From Bigelowiella natans CCMP2755 (Eukaryota > Protista > Cercozoa), in NCBI GenBank assembly GCA_000320545.1, contig ADNK01002374.1:1-36065 (forward strand): a stretch of 36,065 nucleotides of DNA, in the 5' to 3' direction. A program made the position numbers and the translations under genes. Under the pieces are notes generated by a model that saw only the letters and a list, made by a program, of their open reading frames with translations, ran no database searches and was not told the DNA's origin. Positions 1 to 10,747 of this stretch are shown piece by piece (position 1 is the stretch's first letter; each line of letters starts with the position of its first letter).

Positions 1-338
1 CATCGGGGGGGGGGGGGGGTTCTATTCTCCACGGGGCGCGAAGAAGGTCCCTCTTCAACCCCCTATTTTGTTTTTTCTTCACATTTCCTAACCCCCCTCC
101 TCCCCAAAGGTCCGGCTTTTTTTTTTTAAAAGGTAAAAAATCGTTCGGCTTTCTCACTTCCCCACAACCCCCCCAAAAAAATTATTTTTATAAATAAAAA
201 AATTTTTGGAGAAAAAGAAAGAAAAGAGGGAAAAAAGGTTTTTTTTTGGCCCCCCTTTGGGGGAGCGGGAAAATATTTTTTTTGGGGGGGAATCCCCCCT
301 TAATCCCCCCCCCCCCCCGCCCCCCCCCCCCCCCCCAC
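1..338. other. Low-quality homopolymer-rich sequence (probable contig end or degraded read)
   Basis: Dense runs of G, C, T and A adjoining a ~30-nt poly-C tract. No further Galpha exons can be read although the gene is incomplete. Confidence 0.75.
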
Positions 339-491
339 CAGGCTTGAAGGCATGTAGTCTTGTTTAAATATTTCGCGGACCCTCGTCAAGAAGTACTGAT
401 GATGAAAGAGAAGAAGGATACTAAGGCTGAGGTCAACCACCACCACCAATACTGGCACGGTCATGGCAGAAACACGATGACGATGGTAATA

Positions 492-526
<35 letters not shown>

Positions 527-1283
527 CGTCGTAAGAGAAAGCCTATTGTTGTATTAGGGCGGCAACAACAACAACAACAACAACAACACGTGGATAGATA
601 TATAAATAAATAGTAGAATAATGACCAACCTCATACGAATCTAATAAGTAAAACAAAGATTTATGTTCCACAGCCCTTTTTATCATCTCTGAGTTCTGAT
701 GGAATATGGCAACGATAATTGTGAGAAGAAGAAGATAGAAAAGAAATAAACGATCATATATCATTTAGACCTTATAGAGGTTTTCAATGGCATCAATGTC
801 TTCAGTAGATACTGTCACTCCTCCTCCCTCCTCGTTCTTCGCTGGAAGTTCCATCACCCTGTCTGCTAGGGCCTCATACTTTTGTTCAAGATCGTACTAA
901 TAATACACACACCACGATGCGACAGAGGATAGGAAAAGGAATATCACAACACTAAGCAATCGTAGCAAAGACGCTTTAGGTTATACATCGACGTCATCAC
1001 ATTAATAATTATCACCAGCTCGCGGCAGCCAGTGATAAGTTGCTTTATGGAATCTATGGTGTTCATTCGTATCGTTTCTCTGCTATCCATTCTTTCCTAC
1101 AACGGGGAGGATGATGGATGGCCAGTAGAAGTTGAAGAAATTTCACATATCACAATAGAGCTGCTGTTGCTGTTGGAATAACTCCTCTCCAAAAAATAGT
1201 AATGGATTATTAGATAATTCGCTCTTTTATAATCTTAATGATGACAGTGCTAATGATGGTGACGATGACCGTCATAATGATAA

Positions 1284-1315
<32 letters not shown>

Positions 1316-2225
1316 GTAATGATGCTGTAAGCTATCCTATTTTCCGTACTGATTTCGAGAAACCACCCTTGTAGACGAGCTTCAGCTGCAAAATATCCAT
1401 TTATCACATCAATAGATAGTCCTCTTAATTGAAAGTTCTGGAATAGTTTCCCATTATTATCGTCTTCTCATTAATCTTGAATATTGTCATCATTGCCATT
1501 TCCCTTTTAGCAACAACATATACGCAAAGAGGTCTCGACCTGCTTTACGAGAGTAGACTTTCCACAATCGCCAGTCCCTGGAAGAATCACAAGGACAACA
1601 ATATCTTGGTTAATTTATTCTTCGTGTATCCTCTGCATGTAATATCTGTTCAGACTAATAATTGACCTACTACTATGCGTACAGCGATTCGTTTGACGAT
1701 AATTGTAATACGTGGTAGGAAATACCGAGAAGTAGTATTCGTATCGTTTCCTTGGCTTCTCTATTCATCAGATCCAATCTTCTTGTAACCTGATCATGGA
1801 GAGAAAGAGAAAAGGAAAGATAGACAGATAGATAGATAGATAGAGGAGGACAAGGGGAGGAGTGGGGAGGGATCACATCTGTGCTAATATCTCAACATTT
1901 TTTGCGCCTCGCCATTTTACTGGTGTTCCATTTCTCTGTGGTTCCCTCCTCCTCCTCCTCCTCCTCCTCCTCCTCCTCCTCCTCCTCCTCCTCCATGACT
2001 TATTACCTTTGCATCGTTTCTCATTTCCATCCTGCTATCCCAGTCGTCAACATTAGGGCCTATGATCATCACCGTATATCAACAAAATTAGATCCTTTTT
2101 ACTTCTCCTCCTCGAATCGATAATTGTACGGTATGATGAATGGAATACAGTGCTCGTGGGGATGATGAGCCCTATGAATAGACTGTAAGGTCGGTACCTC
2201 CACAGGCCGAACATGCCACTCCCAT
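339..2225 (-). CDS. Heterotrimeric G-protein alpha subunit, N-terminal part (3' truncated at window start)
   Basis: Nine phase-consistent GT-AG exons on the minus strand: 2225-2198, 2059-2007, 1789-1726, 1577-1540, 1385-1350, 1096-1016, 896-771, 695-630, 395-339. Translation: MGVACSACGGPNVDDWDSRMEMRNDAKVTRRLDLMNREAKETIRILLLGTGDCGKSTLVKQLKLVYKGGFSKSERMDSRETIRMNTIDSIKQLITGCREL...KSLFYLLDSYEYFLTRVREIFKQDYMPSSL. It has an MGxxxS myristoylation start with Cys residues, a G1 P-loop matching the Galpha consensus LLLGAGESGKSTIVKQ, and a helical-domain end resembling LNDSAEYFLD..RI...DYIPT. Confidence 0.93.
492..526. repeat. (ATG/GAT)n microsatellite, intronic
   Basis: Directly visible perfect triplet run; one example of dozens of intronic simple repeats in the window. 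Confidence 0.95.
1945..1994. repeat. (CCT)n microsatellite, intronic
   Basis: Perfect run of about 16 units in the Galpha intron 1790-2006. Confidence 0.95.
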
Positions 2226-2493
2226 TACTGCCTAATCGCAGTTGTACCCTCCGAGCAAGTCGGAGATTAATTGTTCTGATGTTCAATCCCTGTGGCGATC
2301 CCTTTTGTTGTTTCCTCCCTTTCTACTAATCCCCCCTTGCAAATAGGATACTGAACCCTAAGTTTACCTGCTGTCAAATTAGGAAATGCTCGTTACGATG
2401 TAAGAAGGGCAACACACATAACTTAAATTTGAAGGCAGCAAGGCAACTTGGCTTGTGCATACAAACTAAAGCCTTCATCATCTCTTATGTTCA

Positions 2494-2494
<1 letters not shown>

Positions 2495-2533
<39 letters not shown>

Positions 2534-2562
2534 ACACACACACTCACTCTCACACACACACA
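2495..2562. repeat. (CA)n microsatellite in the divergent intergenic region
   Basis: Interrupted CA dinucleotide run between the Galpha and NSF-like start codons. Confidence 0.95.
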
Positions 2563-2837
2563 GCGCTCCAGGAGACAAGACCAGTTAAGATTTAAGCCTT
2601 AGTACTAATTTCAGTCGTATGCAATTTTTGTCAGCGATTTAACCATCAGCGACATAGAATATATGCTGTCGTAATCTCTAAATAATGCCCACAGTCGTGC
2701 TGTGAGCAGTTTCAGTTTGGTTACACCAGAACCTAGTAGGATCTTCTTTGAATGTAGGATGTTCTTGGTTGATATAATTATCCACAAATACAACAACAGC
2801 TGCAACAATACCACTCAGTTGACAATGGGACCCTGAC

Positions 2838-2850
2838 CACGTGACACGTG
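2838..2850. promoter_or_regulatory. Tandem CACGTG palindromes (E-box/G-box) in the divergent promoter region
   Basis: CACGTG-A-CACGTG at 2838-2843 and 2845-2850, ending 16 nt before the ATG at 2867, in the ~640-bp head-to-head gap shared with the Galpha gene. Function is inferred only. Confidence 0.35.
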
Positions 2851-2866
2851 GAACGTCGGCACATCA

Positions 2867-5664
2867 ATGCATACTATCCCCATGTACCTCTGGATCCTAT
2901 TTTCAGCTTCCACTACAGCTTTTGGCAGCGGAAATGCGATTGGCCGAAAGAGCAATTGTTACTCGTATAAACGTGGAGTGGCGAGCTTCTCTCGGATAGT
3001 ACAAACGCCCAAGACCTTAAGGCGGAGGAGAGTATATATGAACGAATTGGGGGTTCACACCCAGCACCGGGACATAAATTTGGCTAGAATATATGGACAT
3101 TCATCATTAAGCAGACTGCATGCTGTGAAGGACCAGCCGGAAGCAGAGGGGATTGATAGACAATCATCTCTGCAGTCACTTAACTCAAGTATGGGCATTT
3201 TTGAGCAAGTAATTGACATGGTACGAGATACAGTGGAGCTCAGCTACCAGAGATTCTACAGCGCCATCGATGGGGGTTCTACTGGGTTTGCAAAATATTC
3301 ATATTATTCGTCTAAAATACGATAACATGTTCGATTCTTGCTAACTCCCTGCCAGGTGGTCGGATTGGGTTGACGACGTCTCTCGTAAAGAGCTTCTCCA
3401 AACTATAAAACGTGTAGGGATCGACAAAGACGCTTCAATGCTATGGGAGTGGTGCCATGATTCGCCATATGTCACCACCCTTGAGCTGGCAAAAGGGAAA
3501 GGCTTTGAGGCACGTGTGTTAGTCGTTCCTGATGGTACTCGAATGACCCGACACTATCCACCTGGTTGCATGATGATGTCCACTGTACTCCATGGAGCTT
3601 GCAGTGTGCGTTCGTACATTACATCAACACGCCAAGGCTCGAATGTAACCAGGGAAACTGCATACCACAAGTAAGACTACGATTATGATTAAAAACTCAC
3701 AGCTCTCAGAGGTTGTTGACCACGTGAAAACACACATTGCTTTTTCGGTTGATGATAATCCACAAACTCATCCACTTCCCTGTTTCTATCTTTCCTCCTG
3801 ATTAGATATAACGTAAAGTCAAACCCTTGGGTATACTATGGAGGACCTCAACGTGTGATTAAGGCGTCAGGAAAGGCTGACGTCGCTGTGATTTTGGAGA
3901 TTACGCTAATGCCCCCGGCAAGGCTTAGCCCAATTTACAAGCAACATACAACAGGTAGTTGCTGTAGCAGTTGTTGCCTAAGTTGAAGAAAGAAGAGGAA
4001 GAAGAAGATGATGTTATGAGCGGGAATTAGGCGGATGAGTAGGAGAGGACGAGAAGGAGTAAGAGTACATTTTACTAAAGCTACACCTATTCCGTGCTTG
4101 ACTATCTTTGTGATATCACCATCTTCTTCTTCATCATCATTATCATCATCATCGTTATCATCATCATCATTATCGTTCTCTCGTAGGCCTTCGGATCTTA
4201 CCGGTAGACAACTCGAGCCGTGCCTTGGGGAAGATGTTCAGGGAGATAAGGGTTATCAATCAAACGGCAGCAGGATCAACAGCGACAACGGATACTAGAG
4301 GCGATGATGATGATACCACAGCTTTCAGCATCCAAGATACTAGGTTATTTGTACATACAACGAGGTTTAATATTATCATGCTTTCCTTGATTTTTGCTGT
4401 TTTTCCACTAGGATGCGGGTTGGGGGACTGGATGATGCATTAGTTAATATCACAAGGAGGATTTTCGCAACGAGGAGATTTCCTCCGCGTACCATTGAGA
4501 AACTGGGCCTCCAACATGTCCGCGGCATGCTTCTGGTCTATATGATAACCGAAGAATATGAACCGAAGAAGATACATATGGCACTTAGTATTACCACCAA
4601 CAACGCCATCACCATCATCACCAATATCATCATTATCATCATCACCATCATCAACCATCCTCCTCCTCATCATCACCATTCAAATTTTCATCAGTATGGA
4701 CCACCTGGATGCGGAAAGACATTGCTTGCTCGCGAAATAGCTACAGCTTTGAACGCTCGTAAACCTAAAATTGTGAGCGGGCCAGAGATCCTGAATAAGT
4801 GGGTCGGAGAGGCGGAGAAATCCATACGAGGGTAGTAAGAATAAGAGAACACGTGATTGTATGTTTCCTACCTACTTGTGATTCGTCAAATTTTGGTCTG
4901 CACACGAGCACCTCATCTTTGGTTTTGTCACTTGCAGGTTATTTGTGGAAGCGGAGCGAGAACAACGGGAGAAAGGGCGAGAAAGCAAGCTTCATGTCGT
5001 CATTCTAGATGAGATGGATGCGGTGTGTAAAGTGCGGGGCTCTGTGAGTGACGGCGGGGTTCGTGACTCCGTGGTGAATCAGCTGCTTGCCAAGCTTGAT
5101 GGTGTTGACCAACTGCACAACCTGCTGGTGATCGGTCTTACGAACAGAAGGGAGCTTATCGACCCAGCACTTCTGAGACCTGGCCGCCTCGAAGTGCAGA
5201 TGTACGTGGGGCTGCCTAACACGAAAGCGCGTCAGGAGATCCTGAACGTCCACCTCTCTGCCATTATCCGCAACGGATTCGCCACGGACGATGCAATCGA
5301 GATGTTTCAGTCGGGTACAATCTCGGAGAGCACCAAAGGCTTCTCTGGTGCTGAGCTCGCTGGCCTCGTCCGCAGCGCTATGTCATTTGCTATCATGCGA
5401 GCAGAATCCAGCGATGAGCTGCAACTTACGGCAGAAGACCTAAAGAAGGCATTGGCGGAGTTGGAAGCCTCGCATGATAGGTTTGGTGCTGCAGGAGGAG
5501 AGCACAGTGGACAGCAACGGCCCTCTTTAATGAGGCGGATAGTTAACTTGCTTGGTCGTCGCAAGACATCATCAACGTCTAACGATGGCAGGGATGAAGA
5601 TCATTTAAGGCTGCATGATATGAAGGAAGATCGTCAGGCCTCGACGTCGGTTAGCGTGCCGTAA
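2867..5664 (+). CDS. NSF/Sec18-like single-domain AAA+ ATPase with a targeting-like leader and a degenerate cupin (PCO/ADO-like) domain, ~675 aa
   Basis: Exons 2867-3285, 3356-3670, 3806-3954, 4187-4343, 4412-4535, 4695-4831, 4938-5664 (2028 nt, phases consistent). The C-terminal half matches NSF D1: [23 protein letters not shown]...[56 protein letters not shown], Walker [11 protein letters not shown], and [21 protein letters not shown]. No D2 domain follows. Confidence 0.9.
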
Positions 5665-6100
5665 CCTCATCGATGACCTACCTGAAGCAATTTTAATTAT
5701 TAATGATGATGGAGACTGCATAGCTAGATAGTATTGCGCACATCTTGTTTGTCTAAGACGTATAGACGTATATTCAATGCAGAAGAAATAGTGCACTCTT
5801 GATGCCATTGAGCCAAGCTAGCAAGCACGGTGGTGTGTACGCTAGCCTAATTAGACATGTGTATGAGCTGTGATGCATTGCTGACACTACTTCATTCGCG
5901 TCCTCTGCGCTCAATGGTGCGCCGCGCTCTGCAGCAACAAGAAATCGATTAGTAAACCATAAACACAAGCAACATGTACTGCATATAACATCTGCGTGCA
6001 ATGTTGTCTTCTATGTTTACTGTACAATTATGAACACGAATTTGAAATGACACCCTGAAGCACTACTACATTCCTTTGAATCCGAATTTCACTCAACGTC

Positions 6101-8934
6101 TTATTCATTCTGTTGATGGTGTTGTTGCATCGCTACGATTCTTTGACGGAAGGCGGTCGATATCACTTGCTTTGGCTGCTCCTGTAGATGGAGTGCCTTG
6201 CTTACAGCAGTGTCAGTACTTGCTTGTTCCAGCGACGGGAGTTGCTTCTCATCCTCATCCTCAATGCTGCTGCTGCTGCTGCTGCTGCTATCGAACAAGA
6301 TTTTGTTAGCTCTTTTTAAAAATCGTGACTTCTCTGCCAGACTGCTGTCACCACCACCACCATTACTACTTCTTCTTCTACTACTACTAGTACTGCTGCT
6401 GCTGCTGCTTCTGCTAAGGGTGCATCCATCGACCACTTTCAAAGACGTCACAGATGACAATGAAGACACAGTTGTCGCTCTAGCCGCCGCTGCAGCTGCT
6501 GAATCTGAAGCTGCTGTAGCAGCAGTAGGGGGGTCTTTCCATTCCCTCGCAAAGGCAGCGTTGGCCATCGGTAGAGTCGTTACCATCAAATCCTCATTCA
6601 AATCCAACTCAATTTCCTACAAAGAAAAACACGACGACGATAGCGTGACACGAAGCTTCCAATGATGATGAAAAATACTATGATAATGATTTAATGTACC
6701 TTCAAGAGACGCCTGCCAATACCAGTCGAAACCGCAAAGTTAGCGGCTGTTGCTATTCTTCGTGTGCCCTGTGTGGAAGACGCTACCCATTCCCTCTCTT
6801 CCTCGTTAGAAGTAGTAGCAGCAGCTCCAGTTATAGCGGCGTTTGTAGCATAAGTATCGCTAGTACTAGTAGTATTAGTAGCAGCACCTCTCTTGCTGTA
6901 TTTCTCTTTGCCGCCATCAATATCATAATCTTCTTCTTCTTCATTGTTGTCATTCTCGCTGCTACTTGGCGAGGCAGAGGATGATGAAGAAGAGAAAAGG
7001 TGAGCTGGATTGATCAACCGCTGCCGCCTCTCACGATTCTCTCTTATCATGGTCTTGAGTTGGTTCTCTTCGTCGTCCTCCTCCCCACCACCACCACCAC
7101 GTGCCCCACTCCTATTCTCAATGCCGCTGCTATTCCTCCTTCCTCTTATCCCCGTACCGGCAACAGCTGCTACTACCCGCTTTTCTGGATCTTTCTCCTT
7201 TGGTCTTTCAACGGCACCATCGCGCTGGTGATAATACTGAGGACGACGATGACGATAGCGAGGGTAATAATGTGCATCCTCTCTGTGATGACGACGACTA
7301 GAAATATTAACTGGGTTTGGTCCTCGACTCTGTTCTCCTCCTCTTGGCTGCTGCTGCTGCTGCTGCCGCCGGGAAAAGGAGGAGAAACCCTGAAACGAGA
7401 GCGAGGATGCATCTGCAGTCATGTTTCGCCGCGGACCTGGTTCATACAAGAGCGGCATCATCGCATTGGAGGAGCGTATTATGTGTGGAACGAAGGAGCA
7501 ACAACAAATAGTAATGGTGACCGCAACAACAAACATCATTGCCAACAAACGAGAAGTTAGAGGAAATATAGTTTTATTGTTTGTTGCTTTTGTTGCCTCG
7601 TGATATCAGTTTTCACGTGATTATTTCAGAATTACCAACGTATCGCTGCGGTGACGGAGACTGCAACTGTGATAACCGAAGGGATTCAGGCTGGTGTTGT
7701 TCCTCCTCCGCCGCCCCCTCCTGTTTATTCTGATAATGATGATGTTGATAGGAAGGCGGAGAAGGAAATGATGACTTGTTTCCAGGTGACTGATAATGAA
7801 GCTGACGGTGATGATCATGACGGCGATGTCGTTTATGATCTATGTCGTCATTGTAGTACAAAATATCATCATCATCATTAACTGCAGTAGCAACACTACG
7901 TTGGCCTCTCTGATTATTCTTTCCTAGTAATGGTGAAATGGGAGTGGAGCGGGTTGAGAGAAATGATGATGCTGGGCTCCTCATATTACTACTAGACGCT
8001 TTTTCATCACTCCTGTTGTTGTTGTTGTGTTTAGAGCGCTGAGGAGGAGGCCGGTTGTGCAGGGAACTACTCAGTCGATAATGATGATGATGATGATGAT
8101 GATGATGACGACGATTATTTCCGTCACGAGAATCATCTTGGGTTGGTTGCGTAAACAGTGGGGACTGGGGTACCGAACTTCGATGCGATGTTGGTTCATT
8201 ATCATCACGACTGTTACTCTTTTCATCCGAGGAGGAGGAGGAGGAGGCAAGAGTAGTAGCATCAGCAGCTCTGCTATATGTGCGTTGTCGTCGTTGTCGT
8301 CGTTGTCGTCGGCTTTGCGCTATCACGTCATCATCTTCGTTGTCGAGATAGTCTTCTTCATCATGATCAATGCGTTTAAGCAGATCGTTGAGATGGTTTT
8401 GAATGCGCTCTTCACACTTTTGCTTACTCTGATGAATCACAGCTTCAAGTTCTGTAGCTGTTGCCTGTAATCAGCGATTTACATTGTGTTTGTGAAAGCA
8501 CTGTACGATACGCAGAATATTAATGCCACACACACACACACACACGCACACGCACACAGAGACACACACATTCCACAAAGATGCTGTTTACTACCTCTGC
8601 TTGGCGAACAAATTCTTGCTGAAGTTTGGATATTCGATCACGAAATTGCTCTCGGATCTCTTTCACCCTAATGGTAGGATAAACGTTCATTGGGACAAGG
8701 ATAATGATGATGATGGTGATGATGATGGCTGCTTCGACGATGGTATCGACATAATGACTACAATCATCAGTACTAATTCTATCCACCATCATCAGCACCA
8801 CGAGTGTACTACTTTTACCACCATACGCAGATATTAGAAGAAAGGAGAAAAGAGGAGGGTTGTTATGATTGGAATAATTGATACAGCATCCTCCCAACGT
8901 ACTACTTGTCTTTTAGCCTATTTGTGTCTGCGTG

Positions 8935-8966
<32 letters not shown>

Positions 8967-10261
8967 TGGTGTGTGTGTTGGTGTGTGTCCATGAAAATAA
9001 TTTACTGGTAGTCGAGTCGGATTTTTTCCATTTTCTTAACGTGAGAGAGCCGCCGCATAGACCCGCTTAGCCTAGTAGCAGCAGACACGCAATATCATCC
9101 ACATCCTCATCATCCTCATCATCATCATCATCATCATCAATATTTTCAATAAAGGGGCTCTACCACCTGTCGACTGATTTGTTTACACTAGGGGTATTAT
9201 TCCCATTCCCTCCTCGGGAGACAAGCAGACTCCTGCGCGGTCTTTCTACGTCACTTTGGTTCAGACGATGATGATGACGGTGATTATGCTTCTTTCCACT
9301 TTTCAACGATTTATTCTTCCCACTCTCTCCTGAAGAAGTCCTCTGTCGCGTTGTTGTCGCAGCAGAACTGATCGTATGATGCCAGTTTGAGGATGGGACT
9401 GCAATATCCACTTTGTGGCCAGACCGTTGAGGAGGTGGTGATGGCAATTCCTCTATATCTGCATCAGGACTTTCGTCGCCGTCGTCGTCGTCTAAATCCG
9501 TAGTAGCGCAATAAGTCCGCCAGTATCTGAGAATTGGCCCGTTACTTTTCTTTCATATGAGGAAATACAAGTGTGGTGTGTAACATTCGTGTGAGGAATC
9601 GCTCTGCTGGCTAATGAATTATACTTATCGCGAAGCGCCGGAGACACTTTTAGCTTTTGGAGACCTCGTAACTTCGTTTCATTCCCATCAGTATTTCCAT
9701 TTTCAGTATGGCGGGTTTTAATGGGGGATTTGTGTCCGTTTACAACGGCACTCACAATATTATTGTCATCATGTTTATTGTCGTCATCATTATTGTTACA
9801 TATCTTTAGGTTCCTTGCATGGAAACCATCGGCACTGGGTAGCGGCAGGCTTAACGATAATTTATGGCGGGGGTCATGTGGTGGCGATGTCAAGAAAGAA
9901 GCGTTGCCGCTGTCGTCGTGATTGGCGCCAGCTTTTGAAAGGCTGCTTCCATTCATTCGGCTTCGCGGACCTTTGGACTTGAGGATTTTCAATAGCCGCG
10001 CTGAACAACCAAAGACGAATTACATTTTAAACAGGAAATGGAGTTACCAAAATCTATCTGTTGAGAATTGGGTTACCTGTATTGTACAGGATGGACACAT
10101 TGCCCTCCTCCCTAAAATATGAACAAAATTGAAATCTTCGATCGTATTTCGCTACTTTGTCATTTATTTTCAAAGGTAGTCCCCTTCTATGCTATCTATG
10201 GGTTTAGAACATACATTTTCACGATGTCTCTCCGAATTGAAACCCGCCGCTCCCCCTCCAT
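6101..10261 (-). CDS. Hypothetical low-complexity/disordered protein with a short central coiled coil, ~1016 aa
   Basis: Phase-consistent minus-strand exons: 10261-10215, 10111-10077, 10000-9625, 9526-9167, 9071-9006, 8917-8906 (optional 12-nt microexon), 8667-8595, 8464-7636, 7436-6700, 6616-6101. These join the ORF-track pieces 9492-9992, 9160-9447, 7613-8440, 6691-7548 and 6101-6607. Helical segment KKMEKIRLDYQ...VKEIREQFRDRISKLQQEFVRQAEATATELEAVIHQSKQKCEERIQNHLNDLLKRID. Poly-S/H/Q/A tracts are present. No family recognised. Confidence 0.72.
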
Positions 10262-10747
10262 GGGCAATTCTGTTCCGATCAAAATTCGAGCTCAACGAGT
10301 GGGCGGCAAAATTAGTCGAGATTCCCCAGAGAGTTTCCGGTAACCACCGGCCCTCTTTGGGCATTTTTCGTGGCAAAATAATTCCAAGAAATTGCTTTGT
10401 TTGCCTTGGCCTTTTTCTCAGCCGGAAAGTTCCAGGAGCTCACAAAGCAATTCTCCGTAGCCCGAAAGTGGATCTGAGTTCGAGGATATAAGGATAATTC
10501 TTCCATACGACAACAAAAGGAAGGACGTTCATCATTGTAGTCGGCAATGTGGTACGGACCTCAGAAATCTAAGTTTAAGCCTGGAAGATAAAATTTAAAA
10601 AATGAAAAGATTAGGTGACGTATTTTTTTACCGACAATTATTAGAAGCGAATAGATGGTGAATGTTGACATTTATTTTGCCGTCGTCAACTCTTCTTGAT
10701 CTGAGAATTCGTCCATACCAGAGCACACAACCCCAGCAGGAAGGAAA

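Noticed and set aside
1-338. G/C-run region as a G-quadruplex or regulatory element
   Set aside because: Pattern is typical of degraded sequence next to a poly-C tract, and the expected Galpha exons are missing.
2053-2286. 77-aa Arg-rich minus-strand ORF resembling a mitochondrial presequence
   Set aside because: It overlaps the true first Galpha exon (MGVACSACG) in another frame and runs through its intron.
2354-2361. AACCCTAA telomere-like / telo-box motif
   Set aside because: Single short copy; expected by chance.
3998-4132. 13-nt inverted repeat (GAAGAAGAAGATG / CATCTTCTTCTTC) within an intron
   Set aside because: Built from complementary microsatellites that are ubiquitous here; no terminal repeats or target-site duplication suggesting a MITE.
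6198-8470. Long plus-strand ORFs (155, 186 and 147 aa) with poly-L/poly-M tracts that look like membrane proteins
   Set aside because: They are antisense shadows of the low-complexity minus-strand gene; triplet repeats lack stop codons.
2591-10582. TTTAAGCCT shared by two divergent promoters (2591-2599 and 10574-10582)
   Set aside because: About two shared 9-mers are expected by chance between regions of ~640 and ~490 bp counting both strands.
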